From Sarea resinae (lineage: Eukaryota), in NCBI GenBank assembly GCA_026026165.1, contig JAPEUD010000024.1, positions 62,001 to 126,000 on the forward strand: 64,000 nucleotides of DNA, given 5' to 3'. A program made the translations under genes and the position numbers. Positions 38,623 to 51,375 of the stretch are shown piece by piece. The number at the start of each line of letters is the position of its first letter. Positions within the stretch are counted from its first letter, which is position 1. The notes below the pieces were generated by a model that worked only from the letters and a program-made list of their open reading frames with translations, ran no database searches and was not told where the DNA came from.

Positions 38623-41082
38623 ATGACGGAGTTGGCCTCCAGTGACCTTCGGGTGCCGTATCATTCAGCTCGAAGCAGTTCTACTCAAGTGCTGCGCTTC
38701 CGTCAAGTGAACGATACTATTCAATTCGAGCTGAATAGGGCCAGATACATTGCGTGGCCTTCGATTCAGGTCAGACAAGGCCGCTGACTCAGTTGCCTTG
38801 CTGATATTGTCAGACTTTAGCCATCCTGCCACCATCAGACAATGCCTCTCTGGTTACTGTCATTTCGTGTCCAGCGAGAAGTGCTCTGGACTCAGCATGG
38901 CTCAGAACTTACATCAACCGCCAGAAGCAATTCGACGATGTCTTTGATGCCGCTTTTCTCAACGGCATCGTATTCACGGGAAGCAAAGAACCCGAAAGCC
39001 TAGTCGCTGCAGAGTTAAAAGAGCTCCTCGACCTGTGGGGAACAACGTGGTCAAAGCACATGGTTGAGGACTCACCAACACAGCCATCCCCTGGGCTGTA
39101 CGTATGGAAGAACAATTCATTATGGAATACTTATAGAATGTACGACGACCTCAATGGTGCATTCATGGCCTCTACACGATGCTGTCCAGCAACGGGGTAT
39201 GTGCCTAATTGACAGACATTCCAGAAGCCTAATAGCTCACGCACCTTGAAGCAGATATATCAATCTACGCGTTGGTGGGAAGAAGTATCAGACTCTGAGC
39301 GTGATAGTCCCATCTCGCACATTGACCTCGCCCACGAAAACGAAGCCACTGGAAGGCCTTCGGTTCGTGGTCAAGGACATGTACAGGATTGAAGGGTTGC
39401 GAACTACGCTTGGAAACCGAGGTTACTACGATGTGAACGTGCCCGCTACAGCCAATGCACCTGCTATCCAAAGGCTGTTGGACTCTGGAGCGTATCTAGT
39501 GGGGACGACCAAATTGGCCTGCTTTGCCGCTCGAGAAGAGCCTACCGAGTGCGTCGATTATCAAGCGCCATACAATCCCCGCGGTGACGGATACCAGTCT
39601 CCCGCTGGGAGCAGCAGCGGAAGTGCAGCTGCGATCGCATCCTACGATTTTCTTGACTTCACGATCGGATCTGACAGTAAGTTGATCTACCCCCTGCCCT
39701 TCAATGTTGACGGCAGAAGCCACGGGGAGTACTCGAAGACCAGCTTTCTTCAATGGGTGTTTTGCTTTGCGACCTTCTTACGATAAGCTACCACTCGCTG
39801 GTATGCAACTCACTTTTGAGTATGACCTTATTGAACATATGCTTGTTCTAAAACACTGATGGGTATTTATAGACTATTTGACACCCCAAGTGTATTTTGT
39901 CGGAATATTGAGACTTGTAGGGAGGTTGCGATTTCTTGGTTTGGACCAGACCGAATCGTACAACCGCAGATTGAGGAGAAGGAAAAGGCAATTGAATAAC
40001 CCAGTTGCACTCTATTGTCTCTGACAATGCTGATTTCTAACATCAGGCAAAGCAACCTCTGCTCATCTACCCGCTGGACTATCTGCCTACCTCCAACCCA
40101 GAACAAATGAAGCTTTTAGACTCTTTTGTCGGTGACTTGGAGACCACCATTGGCACAGAGGCATCGAAAATCTCGATCAGAGAATATTGGAACACGAACG
40201 GCCCAGAAGAAGCCGGCGGCAAAACAATCGACGAGTTTTTTGACGAGGTATACTACTGCCTGGCTTGTGGGATTTATCTAATAACGACAGGTTGCGACTC
40301 AAACATTTCTGTTCGACTTCTACCACAATTTTCAGAGGTTCCGCGATGAGTACTACAACAAGCATCACAAAAGTCCCTACATTAACACTTTCATCGCGTG
40401 GCGATGGTGTGTTCCCCATCGTTTTCAATTGTTGGCATCTAACTCCACTGACGTTCGATTCAAGGAACCTGGGAAAGTCAGTCACGCAATCCCAAAGGGA
40501 CGAAGCCATTAACAAGATAAACGTCTATAAAAAATGGTTCCTGCAAGAAATCCTTCACGAAGGAGCGCGCGACTCCTTCGTCATTCTTCCCATTGCCGAA
40601 GTTGCACCAAATTACCGTGATACGCAACCAGGGTGAGAGTTCCAGCATACAACGACCGCCAAGTGCTAAATAACTAAGTAACCATTGCAGGCCACATTTC
40701 AAACAAAACGCATTCGACGCTCTCTTCCTTGCTCCGATCCTAGGCGCCCCCGAACTCGTAGTCCCGAGTACGTCCCCCTTCCCTCCATCAGACACACAGT
40801 TCGAAAACTAACAACCTCCTCGTCGGTCAATTGCCATACGACTCACGCATAAGCGGTCGGGTGGAACACCTGCCCGTCGCCATCTCAGTACTCGGTCTTC
40901 CAGGTGCGACGGGACTTCCTCTCTGCCTCTCCGTGTATAGATAGATAAAACGGCGAGGCCCAACACTAACGGTTCCCACCACAGGCACTGATATCCACCT
41001 CATCAATACGGTGGAGCGCTGCCTCAAGGAGACGGATCGGCAAACAGTAGCTCAAACCGGCCCAACCACGTTCAAGGGCTGA
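38623..41082 (+). CDS. Amidase-signature family protein, ~10 exons; one non-canonical or mutated acceptor (possible partial pseudogene)
   Basis: PLEGLRFVVKDMY (catalytic Lys), SPAGSSSGS, IGSD|TTGSTRRPA, LFDTP. The start codon is inferred. Confidence 0.85.
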
Positions 41083-42530
41083 GGAGGAAAACTTGGAACT
41101 GAACTCCAGCCGTGCAGCAACGTCGCTCGGCTCGGACTTGAGGATCCTTCAGAACCCAATAATCTGCCAGTGAATCGTGAGCTCGCAGAGCGATGGTTGG
41201 CCCTGCCATTCCAAAGAAACTTTTCGACGAGACCAGTGGCAGCAGTCTCTTTCCCTTTCTTTCCGTGCGCCCCCAATGTTTCTCTTCTAAAAGCAATAAA
41301 CAATAGTAATATCAATAGACTTAGACTTGGCTTCATCTACGCCGGCCCCTACATAGTATACGCCTTTAGCTTCTTCCCCCCCTGAATTGTTTTTGTGTCT
41401 TTGTTTTTTTTTTTTTTCAGGGGGGGTAGGGTTAGGGAGCCGCAGATTACTTTGAATTGAACGTTTTATAATAAGGTGCTACTGCTTACTTGTTGTATAC
41501 CTGCAAATAAGAGATACTGTTAGGTTGGTATACTACCTAGTAGATTAGTAGGTAGGTAGATTTCCTCTAGGGAAGCTAAACTAAGCTATAGCCAGGCGAC
41601 ACACCTACCTTAGCCAGACAGACAACTAGCTAAGGTAGCTAGGTAAACAGCCAGACAGTCAGACAACCAGCCAAACAATCAGCCAGGCTAAAAAACAACC
41701 CCACCTACCTACCTCACCTACCTACTTACCTCCCTACCTACTTACCCCCTAACATTTCATATCTACACAACAAGGAGCCTGGCCACGCACTATCCATATC
41801 ACAGCATCACAGCGAAACAGCGAACAAAAACCCACCTCATATCACAACACAACACATCACAACAGAACACAACAGTCTTCTAACATATCAACATAAGAAC
41901 CTTACTCCTCTCCAACCAACCAACCAACCAGTTCAGTCGGTCGGCCGGCGGCATCAAATCAGCTCAAATCAAATCAAAACATAAACCAATAAACAAATCG
42001 AGGATTTTCATTATACCATCCATTCTCTCATCCGCACCACCGATTGCGGCTATATAATTATCCCTCATCCCATCGGTCAATACGTCCTTCGACATGGCCA
42101 CGTAAACGCTATGGTTACGTTTGATTCTCCGCGCGAAAGAGAACATGCGAAGAAGAAATATGTCTCTTTTCCCCCGCCGAGCCGAGATCAAGGCAGCGCA
42201 AAATTATATAGGCCGAACTGGAGAAAGCTGGAACCCCACCACTGGGATTGAGAAAAGCGGAAACAGAGAAACAGACAAGATGCCGCCAACGCCCAAAGTG
42301 GAAAACCCGGTAAGAAAAGACTTGAATCTATGGTATAAGCTGATCGAAAAAAAATAAGTAAAATAAGAAGATGAAGAATACGAAAAAAAAAAAAGAACAA
42401 CTAGAAAGACCCCAAACCAAAAGATGAAACCTTCAAAATAGTGACGCGCAAAGCCTCCATCTAATCATGCTTTTCTTCGACTTTCCTTCAACCTGCCAAG
42501 AGTCCTCCATCGGTGAATCCTCTCAGCATG

Positions 42531-44065
42531 CTATCGGATATCAAGCTGGAAAGGGCGAAATTTCCCCCCCACAGTCCCACACCTGGGACAGATCCCCAGC
42601 CTGCCCCGACTCTGTTCCCCCACCAGCACATCCACACACTCGCGGCACAGACCGCAGATACACTCCGTGCAGGCGTAACTGCCTTTGAGCAAGCTGGCAC
42701 GCCCGCAGGCAGCGCAGTAGATCTGTACCAGCTCTGAGGACGAGGGTGACGAATCCGAGAGGCCTTCGGGAGCGATGTGGAAGTTTTGACCGGACTGGGT
42801 TGAATTGGCCGAGGATTCGACCGAGGGGAAAGGCTGCGTGTCAGAGTCTGGCGGTGGGGGGGTAAGCGTGTTCTGTAGAGGAGATGCCGTATAAGATTGG
42901 AAATGCGAGGTTGGAAATGGCGGGAGAGAGGCTCGCTGGATGCCGGGTGGGGAATGTGGGACCTTGATCGATTAGAAAACTATCAATGTGCAGTCTCATG
43001 GGGAAGCATACAGGGGTGAGATCGCGGTCGTCGTCAGCCTCTTCGGTTGCCGACGTAGCGGCGTCGATCAAGTCTTCCCATCTCTTTCCCATGGTCGATG
43101 CAGCACTCTGGGGTTCCGCCGAAAATGCTTTTCGTCCCTCGTAGCTTGTTCTTTTGACCTGGTCCTTCGATTTGGTCCTCTCGTGCTTGGCTTTTCGGGC
43201 ATTCTGGGTGACCGACTGCTTTCGCGGTCGGGCCGGCTTATGTGGTCGCTGGATCGGAGGTAGGGTCGATGACCGGCCCGGCGGCGATTGTGGAAGGCTT
43301 GATGGCAGGAGCTCCCGTGGTGGCCGCGAGTGATTCGGGTGCATGAACTCTTCCTTGATATGATTTCGGAATCCTGCTGGTTCGAATGGTGGTCTCACGC
43401 GTCGATTATTCGCTTCTGTCTCGGACAATGCATCCTCGCATGCAGGTTAGCACAGCTTCACGCAGTGAATCCAAAGTCTAGACTCACGACTTCGGATTCC
43501 CAGTCCGACTCCGGCCGATGGGTGTGCAGTTGAGCCAAAGCGGCGGCGGCATTGGCAGTTGGTAAGAAGGATCCAGCGTAGAATTCGTCGGATGTCCTTG
43601 GAGTTGCCGGTGAGCTCGTATCGTCCGGGTAGTATCGCTTCCTATCGTGATCGTAGGCTTGGAGGATTAGCGGCACGGTTCCACAGTCAATGGCTGGAGA
43701 CGTACGTGATGCACTGAATGGAGAATCCGCCGACGGCTGTGGTCTCTGCGAGGGAGGTGTATTGACCATGAGCGCGAAGCTCTCTTCGGTCGCCGGCAGC
43801 TTGGAGATGTAGTGTTCTGGGTGGGCCCGACGTATATGCTCCTGCATCGAACGATATCGCTTCTCCTACATGGTCCACAGGCATTGTTAGCATCGATTCC
43901 CCAATGTTCACCCCAACATCGACTTGGCAAAGGAAAGATGCTCACTCCAAGACAGCGCTTCCGACAGCTCGTTCCGTCATGATTCTTCAACGGACAAACG
44001 ACTTCGGTATCCGCATCCGACACAGCAAATGAGCTGGTGAGCGAGGAACGAGGGGGCATGGCCAT
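42531..44065 (-). CDS. RfeD-like fungal transcriptional regulator with N-terminal C2H2-like and C-terminal Cys-rich zinc modules, 5 exons
   Basis: VVCPLKNHDGTSCRKRCLGEKRYRSMQEHIRRAHP; KRWEDLIDAATSA; C-terminal YCAACG..ACTECICGLCRECV..CPRCG..KFRPFQLDIR. The family name comes from recollection of the Aspergillus homologs. Confidence 0.8.
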
Positions 44066-46215
44066 GTAGTTATCGCTGGGCAGAAACAATGCATAGGCCT
44101 TTTCGGAGGAGGCGATCGGGAGGGTCGGCCGAGCGGTCAATGGCTGCAATTAATAATCTCCAAGACTCGCATGCTTCTCAAATGCAGCAATCGAAGACGT
44201 TTAACGCGACTAGCAACACGCAATGACCCTGAAATCAAGGGCAGCAGCTTTCAAGACCGGACGTGCTATATAATGGGTGGCGGATGCTGAAGAATCGAAT
44301 TCAAGGCTGAGTGTGCCGATTAGGCTGGTGGGGGGGGGACAATTGCAGCTGCGGAGGGGTATTCTCGAGGTACGAAGTGACTGCAAGTGTGGGCGAAACA
44401 TGCAAGCAAGACGACAATCGCTCGTAGCTTGTGCTAGTGGCAGGAGGAAGAGTGAGCTCCGAGTACGTCGGAGAGACTTGTCTCTGCGCATTCTGGCAAG
44501 GGCGCGACAAGTATCGAGCGGGTAGCTGTAGCTGCAGCTGAGCTGAGCTTAGAGCTCTTATCCTGGCCGAGCTGGGGAAGCTTAGAGCTGTTGACTGGTG
44601 CTGCGTTGTACGTGCGTCTGGTATCAGATATACGCCGATGGCGGGTTGTTATCCGTGGATCAGTTTGTTTTCGGACAACGCTGATTCGATCCATCCGGTA
44701 CCTCTCCATGTCGACCTCCTTGCCCGTCAGCCCGGTTGCATCGGGAGGGTCAGCAATGTCCCAAGGAGAGAGAAGAAGCATCGCAGGCGGCGATTGGGAA
44801 ATGAATCGGCGTGGGCGCAATCAACGCAGAGGGAGAGAAAGAGAGCGGGCACTGCAGAGCTAAAATACTTGATTGATTTGCAGCTGCGAGCTGCTGCGCC
44901 GTCGATGGCAGGCATATCGCTTGCCCTGAAGACGACAAGTAGCGAAGAATCGGATGCTCCCAGCATCGGTAAGATGAGAATGGCAAGACGATTCCTCCAT
45001 GAGCGGGCAGGTAGAAGTAGGAATTAACGGGTGACATGCGATGCACCGAACCGCACCACATCCATGGAAGAGAGAATCCGAATCCTGGATCCGTGGATGA
45101 ATCTGTACTGCATCGGAGGTCAATCGAGCAAGGTACGCTGTAGAGTACGAGTACACGCCACTCGAACGTGCCTCCAGCTGTGCATTGTGCCTAAATGGAT
45201 GGCATGAAGTCGCCCTACTCCGGAGTATGTAGTAGATGTCCCCTCTCGAGATAGCCGTGAATCTTGCATCGGTCGGTCTCTCGAGCATCTTATTTAAATA
45301 CTAGATCAGATACGATACGTGGGGCGGTGGGCGAACAGAGGCTTCACCATGGTGAAGCCATGGCTTGACCTGGGCTGGACCACGGATGGCTTCACCATGC
45401 CCTTGAGCATGAAGATCCATCTGATCATCGTCCCAAAGGACCTTAGCGTAGTGCGGTGCAACTGCACTCGACTCGACTCGACTTGACTGGACTCGACGAT
45501 CGCGTTACATGGAGCAGCCCAGAGCCTTCAAGTTCTCGATACGCCGTAAGACACGGTACCTTTTGCCGACGATGGTCTCCGAGCACGAGTACTTCATAGA
45601 GATCAACGATGGATCAACGAACGCCTCGTGCACCCTAGCAGCCACATCGGGGGCAGGTCGAGTCGAGTCGAGACGAGACGTCCGATCGCATTCCATTCCA
45701 CAGCGAAAGAAGGGACGGGAAACAGGTTCAGCCGGCCTGTCTACTCTGGAGTGCTTCCCGCCAATGATCTCTGATCGAGATGAGAGACCTCACACTCTGT
45801 TCGGCCTGCTTTTCGTCTCTCCAGACGTTCCTTGCCGCTTGCCGTATGCCCGTTACCGCGTGTGAGACCCATCATGCTCCAGGCTGCCGTCCCGTACGCC
45901 TGCTCAATCTATTGGCAATATGCCTACCATGGCTACCTAGGTATTCAATGCAGGTCCGCCCACGCAGGCGGCCTTGCTGTTGTCCCAAGTGGCTTGCATC
46001 GCCCCTCGTTGGCAACCGCTTACGCACGACCAGATAGATGAACGTGGTGGCACAAAGCGTGGCATTCTTCTCTCTCGTCCAATCTTCTGTGTAACATATT
46101 CAATCGATATCCCCTTGATCGAATCTCATTTTCCTTATATTTCCGGAGCTCGGCGCGCTTCACCCGGGGATTGCTCGCATCGTCTCGTTGCATGAAAGTG
46201 TGAAGACGTCCCATC

Positions 46216-47280
46216 ATGTCACTAACCATCAAACATATCAATGCTGATACCAGCTTTCTTCTGACCTTTTCTCCAGCGGGCGGCTCTCTGCCCGCTTCGG
46301 AAGCATCTACCGGGGCCTTTTCTATCCTGATCGACCCATGGCTATCCGGTCCCTCGAAGATCTGGCATCGCAAATTCTCCATCTCTCATCATCGAATCCG
46401 GGCCTGCGTCTCTTCTCTCGCCGAGCTTCCCGAACCTGATCTCGTCCTCATCTCGCAGAATAAGCCCGATCACTGTCATCGAGAGACGCTATGCCAATTG
46501 AAGTCATCAAGCAAGAAGACTCGCGTGCTGGCCGAGCACGGTGCAGCCAAGAAGATTCGGAGATGGAAATATTTCGCGCCTTCCCAGGTCCAGTCTCTGC
46601 GAAGGTATGAAGTGAAGAAAGAGAAAAGCCTACACCGGATTCCCATTCCTGCATCCTCACCGGGTGGGGTAGCAGGAGAGGTAGCCATCGCATTCATCTC
46701 CTCGAAACGAGATATCACCGGCCTCCACAATGCTATTGGCATCACTTACCAAGCCCCATCCGCACCGCGACACAGATACTCCACGAAAACGCCCCTAACG
46801 CCATCCGATTCTTCTCTCTCCAGCACCTCATCCGCAGCAATAACGTACCCGACCCAATCCACGTGGCAGCGACTCGAGCGACCGGTCTCGGTCATCTACT
46901 CCCCACACGGAATCTCCTACCCATCCATCGAGCGCTGGGCCGTCTCACATTTGGCCCCGCAGGCAGCATTACCCTTGACCGCGCTTTTGCACTCGTTCGA
47001 TCAGGTCGAGAACCCCTGGTGGCTGGGCGGTACCATATCGGCCGGCTTGCCAGGTGGTATTGAGATTGCACGAAATCTGTTTGCCCGTGCATGGATCAGC
47101 GCGCATGACGAGGAGAAGGAGAATGCGGGATTATCGGTCAGCAACACCAAGACCAAAGTATATTCGCCTCAGGATGTGCAGCGCTTGATGAAGCCCGAGG
47201 GCAAGCACCAGTCCAAGAAGGGTTTGACGGATGTTGTGGTTCTTGGCGTGGGTGAGGAATTAGACCTCAAGGCTGGCTGA
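46216..47280 (+). CDS. Conserved fungal protein with metallo-beta-lactamase-like fold, intronless
   Basis: HINADTSFL, ILIDPWL, LISQNKPDHCH (degenerate HxHxDH), SPHG, SAHDE. Confidence 0.8.
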   Translation: MSLTIKHINADTSFLLTFSPAGGSLPASEASTGAFSILIDPWLSGPSKIWHRKFSISHHRIRACVSSLAELPEPDLVLISQNKPDHCHRETLCQLKSSSKKTRVLAEHGAAKKIRRWKYFAPSQVQSLRRYEVKKEKSLHRIPIPASSPGGVAGEVAIAFISSKRDITGLHNAIGITYQAPSAPRHRYSTKTPLTPSDSSLSSTSSAAITYPTQSTWQRLERPVSVIYSPHGISYPSIERWAVSHLAPQAALPLTALLHSFDQVENPWWLGGTISAGLPGGIEIARNLFARAWISAHDEEKENAGLSVSNTKTKVYSPQDVQRLMKPEGKHQSKKGLTDVVVLGVGEELDLKAG

Positions 47281-47931
47281 TGCTACGACTTGCGGCCTTT
47301 GTGCACACAGGCTGCTCATGATACGGTCATTACTCGCTGTTTTATCTCGGCGTATCTCTTCCTGAAATAACGATGTCGGCGTCAATTTCTTGTCCATGGG
47401 CAAAACAGGGGGAATAGGGCGCGAAAAGGGCAACATGAAGATCTGTACTTCGTTGATGATTTGCCAATGAGGTTAGTTCCTGACTTCAGCGATAGTAAAG
47501 GGGAAGAGACGTATGCTCCACGGTAGACCTAATCGTCGCTATCAATCAATTCATGCGTTCACCTGGGGTGTATTGATAAGTGAGATCACCGATGAGTGCC
47601 TATGATGTCCTCGCTCCTAGGCGGTGACAGGGGCGCTATGTCCGAGCCGAAAAGGACTCCGATCCCGTTCGTCGGTGGCCAGAACTCGGTAGTTTGAAAG
47701 TACTCCGAGTGACTTCTTAGCTGATGTATACATGCGGGAACAGTCTTCTGCATCATCATTATTATTCTTTCTCGTTCGGCCGCCGTCTCACCCATCGTCA
47801 CACTTTTCGAGCACTTCGACCTCGACCTCGACCCGACCTCAACCTCGATCCAGTCTTCCACCCTGCACGATATGGGCGTTCCCTAAAGCGTTCGAGAGAA
47901 GCAACGGTATCAACTTGATGCCCTTGCAGCC

Positions 47932-49516
47932 ATGTCTTTATTTGTGTCGCAGCCCGTGCCGTCGGCAAGCCCAATTGCCACCGGCCATCTGAGCGAGAGC
48001 ATGAGGGAAAATGTGCACGGCCAACGACATGACCGAATAACGGACGCGAATTCTTCAGGATCGGGCATGGGGACTGCGGGGCAGGACGATGATGATCAGC
48101 CCGACATCGAGATCACCCATGGCCAGAAGATGCTGTCGGCCGTCTCTGGCAGCATCCTGACCTCTCTCCTAGGTATGAGGCCGAGTGCAAGAGCACCTAC
48201 GTAGATTATCATTGTCGATGCAGAAACTTACTCCTTTCACAGCTACTCCTTTGGATGTCGTTCGTGTTCGTCTCCAATCTCAACGTCCTCCCCCCTCGAT
48301 ACCAGACATCAGCAAGATATCTCAGACCCTGGCAGCCCAGTCCTTCAATAAACTTCCTCCCAATCTCGGCGTCACGGCCTGCTGCCGCGAAGTCTTCTGG
48401 CTCAACAATAATGCGCAGTTCTGCGTCGCTGGTGCAAACATCAGCGTGCCTTCGTCAGCCATATCCACCAATGCTCCAGAATGTGCCGTCGAAGAAGCTC
48501 AACGCAAGACTTTTAATTCTACGTTTGACGGCCTTCGGAAAATCGCCAAAAATGAAGGCATCACAACTCTATGGCGAGGCCTCAGTCCAACCCTCCTGAT
48601 GGCCGTCCCCGCCAATGTGATCTACTTTACCGGCTACGACGCCCTCCGCTCAAGCAAATACTCGCCCCTCAAGGACCGTGTTCCCGAAAGCTACGCGCCT
48701 CTCATCGCCGGTGCCACGGCCCGAGTCTGCGCCGCCGTCGTTGTCTCGCCCATCGAAATGTTTCGCACCCGCCTCCAAGCCGCGCACCACTCGCACACCC
48801 CTTCGGGTCTTTTCAAAGAAACCCTCAGTGGCCTCCACGAAATGGTACATACCCAGGGCTACACCTCTCTGTGGCGTGGCCTGACCCTTACATTCTGGCG
48901 CGACGTGCCATTCTCGGGCATATACTGGTGGGGTTACGAAACGTGCCGGAATTGGCTCATCGACGCCCGCGAACTGCGCGCCTCGCATCAGACTCCCCTC
49001 AGTCACTCCACCGACGCCTCGGAGGATACTGTGTCCCGCACGCGCCGACGGTCCCGTTCGCGCTCTCACGAAAACGGCACCGCCACCTGGCTCGACAGCT
49101 TCATCGCGGGCGCGGCTTCAGGGGCCGTGGCCTCGCTCGTCACCACCCCCTTTGATGTCGGCAAAACCCGCCAGCAAGTGATCCGGCACTCGGGCGACTT
49201 GAACTCGTCGTCTTTCACCAACCGGCCGCGTGCGCCGCTGCCCCAGCAACACGCTCTGCAGCCCGAAGAACGCAGCATGCCGCGTTTCCTGTGGCACATT
49301 TTCCAGACCGAGGGTCTCGCGGGCCTCTTCCGCGGCTGGGCGGCTCGGTGTCTCAAGGTGGCGCCGGCGTGCGCGATCATGATCAGTAGCTATGAGATTG
49401 GAAAGAAGGTGGCGCTGGGCATGAACGAGCGACACGTGGAGAAGAAGATGATGGAGAGGGAGATGGAGAGGGAGAGGGAGAGGGGTAGGGCAAGGGGTAG
49501 GCCGGCAGTGGAGTAG
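47932..49516 (+). CDS. MTM1: Mitochondrial carrier, MTM1/SLC25A39-40 subfamily; intron 48173-48242
   Basis: Three carrier signatures PLDVVRVRLQ, PIEMFRTRLQ, PFDVGKTRQQ; LWRGL..T.WRDVPFSG.YW; KVAPACAIMISSYE. Confidence 0.92.
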
Positions 49517-49920
49517 CCGGTAGAAAGAGGGAAACGAGAAAACAGGCACGGAGACGAAAAGCGAGTCTGGAAACGGGGAAAAGGGCGTTCGAGCGCGCTG
49601 TCTCTCTCTCGGGGGCTTTTGGTCCTCTTGACGGCGTTTTGTCATTTCATCCGGGTTAGGTTTTTACTGCGTGCGGGGCGTATCATTGTCAGCGCCACTA
49701 TCCTCGCCACTATCCTCGCCATTGCCATCACTGTCCGCAAAACCAGCATTGCCAGCATCGTCAGCAGCGTCGTTGGCGTCGTCATCGGTTTCATCCGGTA
49801 AATAAATAGCTTAATCCAATCACCCTGCGTGTATCAGATCATAATGCATCATACTATAATCCAATTATCTAGCCAAGCCCCTTTTTCGTCTCTTTCTCTA
49901 TTCCGGAGTACTTCGCACGG

Positions 49921-50292
49921 CTTTCTCTTTCTCTTTCTCTTTCTCTTTCTCTTTCTCTTTCTCTTTCTCTTTCTCTTTCTCTTTCTCTTTCTCTTGTCTT
50001 CTCTTCTGGTATCCTACCGCCCGGCCCCCTCCCCCCCCCCCCTTTCACCTCGTCTGACTCCTCGTCTGACTCCTGAGTAGCTAGGTACCTACCTACTTAT
50101 ATCATCTGAAGACGAGGAAAAGGGATTACGACCACGACGACTATTTGACTACTTGTTCTGCTCTTCTCTCCTCTTCTCTCCTCTCCTCTTCTCTCCTCTC
50201 CTCTTCTCTCCTCTCCTCTTCTCTCCTTGCCCTCTTCCCCCCTTCCTCCCCCGTGTCCCCGCCTACTAAACAAAAAAAAAAGGAGAAAGAGA

Positions 50293-50325
<33 letters not shown>

Positions 50326-51375
50326 TTATATAAATCTCCCATCTCCTATCTCCCATCTCCTATCTCCTATCCCCTATCTCCTATCAACAACAACAACAAC
50401 AACAACAACAACAGACCCGTAGTACACATGGCGAGGGAGAAAGCCTACAATACAACAACAACTCCTCCTCCTACCAACACCAGAGAGTCGCATACTAGAT
50501 TCTCATTTCCAACTTCTCGACGTGTATGAAAGCAGCCCTCTCCTCTCCTATCCGCAAGACAGACAGATAGCTAAGTACTTGTACCTATAGTTGTATCTGT
50601 AGTTACTATTTAGAAAAGGGGTCACCTTCCAAAGATCTATCTAGCTAGCTTTTGGACTAGTGACTAGTGACCAAGGTAGGTAGTCAATAGAGAAAGACAG
50701 AGAAGTACGAAGGTACAGATAGTTAGGGTGAGTAGGTAGGTATACAGAACCCCCCCCCCCCCCCCCCCCTCTTCTCTCTACAGAACGGTAGATGACGCGA
50801 GCTTGGATTCCCCTATTTGTCTAAAGCTTTCACATCTCACAAAGTGCCCTCTCCCATGGGCGAGAGACTCGGACGGATGGACGGACGGACGGATGGTTGA
50901 TTGATTGAGTGATTGGTTGGTGGCGGGCAGAGATCTAGCTACCTAGGTAGATAGACTGAGGACTTGAGATTAGAGGGTAGAGATTGGAGGGTAGAGGGTA
51001 AGGGTAGAGGGTAGAGGGTAGAGACTAGAGACTAGAGAAAGGGGGAGGGAGATTATGATTTGATCGACCAAACGACCCGACGGACGAGAGAAGACGAACC
51101 ACTAGATTGGAATACAGTACAGCACAGCACAGCACGACAAGATGAGACAGGACAAGACAAGAGAGGTTCAAAACGAGATCGCTAATTTCGAAAAGATTAT
51201 GGACAATGGTAATGACGATGACAGTGACACTAACGCCGACGCCTTCGCTGACGGCTGGGATGGAAAGAAAGAGATGAGCTGGTGAGGTTGAGGATGAGGA
51301 GGAGGATGAAGAGGATGAAGAGGATGAAGAGGATGAAGAGGATGAAGAGGATGAAGAGGATGAAGAGGAGGATGA
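49921..51375. repeat. Microsatellite cluster in the MTM1-KAR9 convergent spacer
   Basis: (CTTTCT)n 49921-49992, CT-rich 15-mer repeats 50160-50226, (CAA)n 50385-50412, poly-C 50751-50769, (GAGGGTA)n ~50990-51022, (GAGGATGAA)n ~51300-51370. Confidence 0.92.

Noticed and set aside
39958..40046. GC-AG intron in the amidase (AAG|gcaatt at 39988)
   Set aside because: An in-phase GT donor (gtacaa at 39958) explains the splice equally well; undecidable without cDNA.
50990..51022. (GAGGGTA)n as an interstitial telomere
   Set aside because: Heptamer is not TTAGGG and sits among many unrelated microsatellites.
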